NCBI RefSeq assembly: GCF_036321535.1
Contig: NC_087436.1
Coordinates: 114,020,001-114,084,000, forward strand
DNA length: 64,000 nucleotides
Direction of reading: 5' to 3'
Origin: Camelus dromedarius
Lineage: Eukaryota
Part shown: positions 62,720-64,000 of the stretch, piece by piece
Position numbering within the stretch: position 1 is the first letter of the stretch
How the letters are laid out: each line of letters opens with the position of its first letter
Notes under the pieces: generated by a model
What the model was told of the DNA's origin: nothing
The model's database searches: none
The model's input: the letters and a program-made list of their open reading frames with translations, nothing else
Position numbers and translations under genes: made by a program

Positions 62720-63400
62720 TTGTGATTGATGGCACCTGTTCTGGGTGCCACACTGAAGTTATAGGGAGTAATTATAATAGGTGAAGGGGAGGTGTAGAAA
62801 AATGGTAGGAAATGCAGTCTGGGAGAGAAGGGCCACAGAAAAGGCTTCAAAGAGCAGGATGCTTGAGATACATCTTGACAAATGAGTAGGAGAGAGAAGA
62901 GGCGAGAGGAAAGGTGACTCAGAGCTGAAGGTGCAGGACGGAGGTGGGCACAAGGGCTGAGCGCTGCCTTTTTGGGAATGTTCATGGAGTGCAGGTCCCC
63001 TGAGGAGTAGGATTCATGCCAAAGGGGGGATGAGATGAGACTAATCACTAAGCCAAGGACCTTGTCATGAAGATGGTACTTGGCCGAACTAAGACACCAG
63101 ACACATTTGAAAAAAATGGGAATAGATTGGTGGGTTTTCAGCAGGGAAATGAGATCTGTTTTAAATTCCCTCCTCAAACTAAAAGGAGGAGAATGTAATA
63201 AAATGGAAAAGAACTTTGGAATCAAGGGATTTGTTTGGAGCTTGTTAGCATAAATCCAAAAAGCAAAGATGAAGGCCTGGGTGAGGGCTTTGGAGGAGAG
63301 TGAGAGAGCATTTTGAGAGATTGTGAAGAAAAAGAATGTTTCAGTAGCTATCAGGAATTTCATGATCAAGACTCCCCAAATTAAGAAAAAAAGAGTATAT
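62720..63400 (-). mobile_element. L2 fragment
   Basis: 'gaaaaggcttcaaagagcaggatgcttgaga', 'tgggaatagattggtgggttttcagcagggaaatgagatctg', 'gatgaaggcctggg'. Confidence 0.65.
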
Positions 63401-63589
63401 GTAATAGACTTTGAGCACATCTTATGTGACTAGCAATGGGTCAGGAACAATGGGACCTGGTTCCTGAGTTTGAGACCTTACAGCATCACTAGACGAACAA
63501 GCCACATGTACTGGACACTGAGCATGCTGAGGGCCATAGGTGATGCATACTGGAGCAGATGGTAGACACCCAAGAAAAGGAAAGTCTTG

Positions 63590-63730
63590 GAAAAAACCAC
63601 ACTGGACCCAAAACCCAGAATCCCAGGATCTAGTGCTAACTCTGTCATTGTCTTGAGGGATAGTGACCTTGAGCAAGTCACTGACTCTTTCTGGCCTTAA
63701 TTTCCTCCCCTATATAAATGATGAAACTAG
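63590..63730 (+). mobile_element. MIR
   Basis: 'cactggacc...gtgaccttgagcaagtcactgactctttctggccttaatttcctcccctatataaatg'. Confidence 0.7.
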
Positions 63731-64000
63731 AATTGAAGATATATGGAAATGACCCAATGCCACGCACCTCTAAACACAGTCTATGCCTGCAAGCTGGCAC
63801 ACTGAAATTTGGTGGATAAGCAGGGTGCATCTTCCTAGAAAAGCTTTTTTATTTTTCTGATAATGAGTAATTCAAACATTACCATCCTATTAAAATAAAC
63901 ATATGCTTTATCATAAAATGCAAATATGCATATATTTTAAGGATAAAACACAAAGTTTCAAAGACACATCTGGCTTACAAGGTGTCACAGGCAGAATTCT

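Noticed and set aside
1..64000. CRISPR array, rRNA/tRNA genes, CpG island, prokaryote-style operon or defence system
   Set aside because: None seen; the sequence is eukaryotic, repeat-rich and non-coding.

Overview
Mammalian genomic DNA that is AT-rich, CpG-depleted and non-coding (intergenic or deep intronic). I find no recognisable protein-coding gene, structural RNA gene or CpG island. Much of the window is fossil transposable elements. These include many MIR and L2 fragments, old L1M pieces (one L1 nested in another), four copies of a younger L1 family (one with a 14-bp TSD and a nearly intact ORF2 C-terminus), a near full-length decayed Tigger1, and short DNA transposons (MER2, MER20, MER33, MER45A, MER63, MER96, MER5A). 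There are also ERVL/MaLR/ERV1 LTRs and a rearranged ERVL internal remnant. The L1 3' ends and the lack of recognisable Alu, Bov-A/BovB, PRE-1, CHR or Can SINEs suggest a cetartiodactyl, probably a camelid (inference). I found no credible new biological system. The best leads are a locally templated inverted insertion inside nested L1s, adjacent inversions in the first 4.3 kb, a (GATA)n/(TATC)n quasi-palindrome, a solo ERV1 LTR with TSD, and a few unique stretches with splice-like or regulatory signals. Repeat family names come from my recollection of consensus sequences, and most boundaries are approximate.
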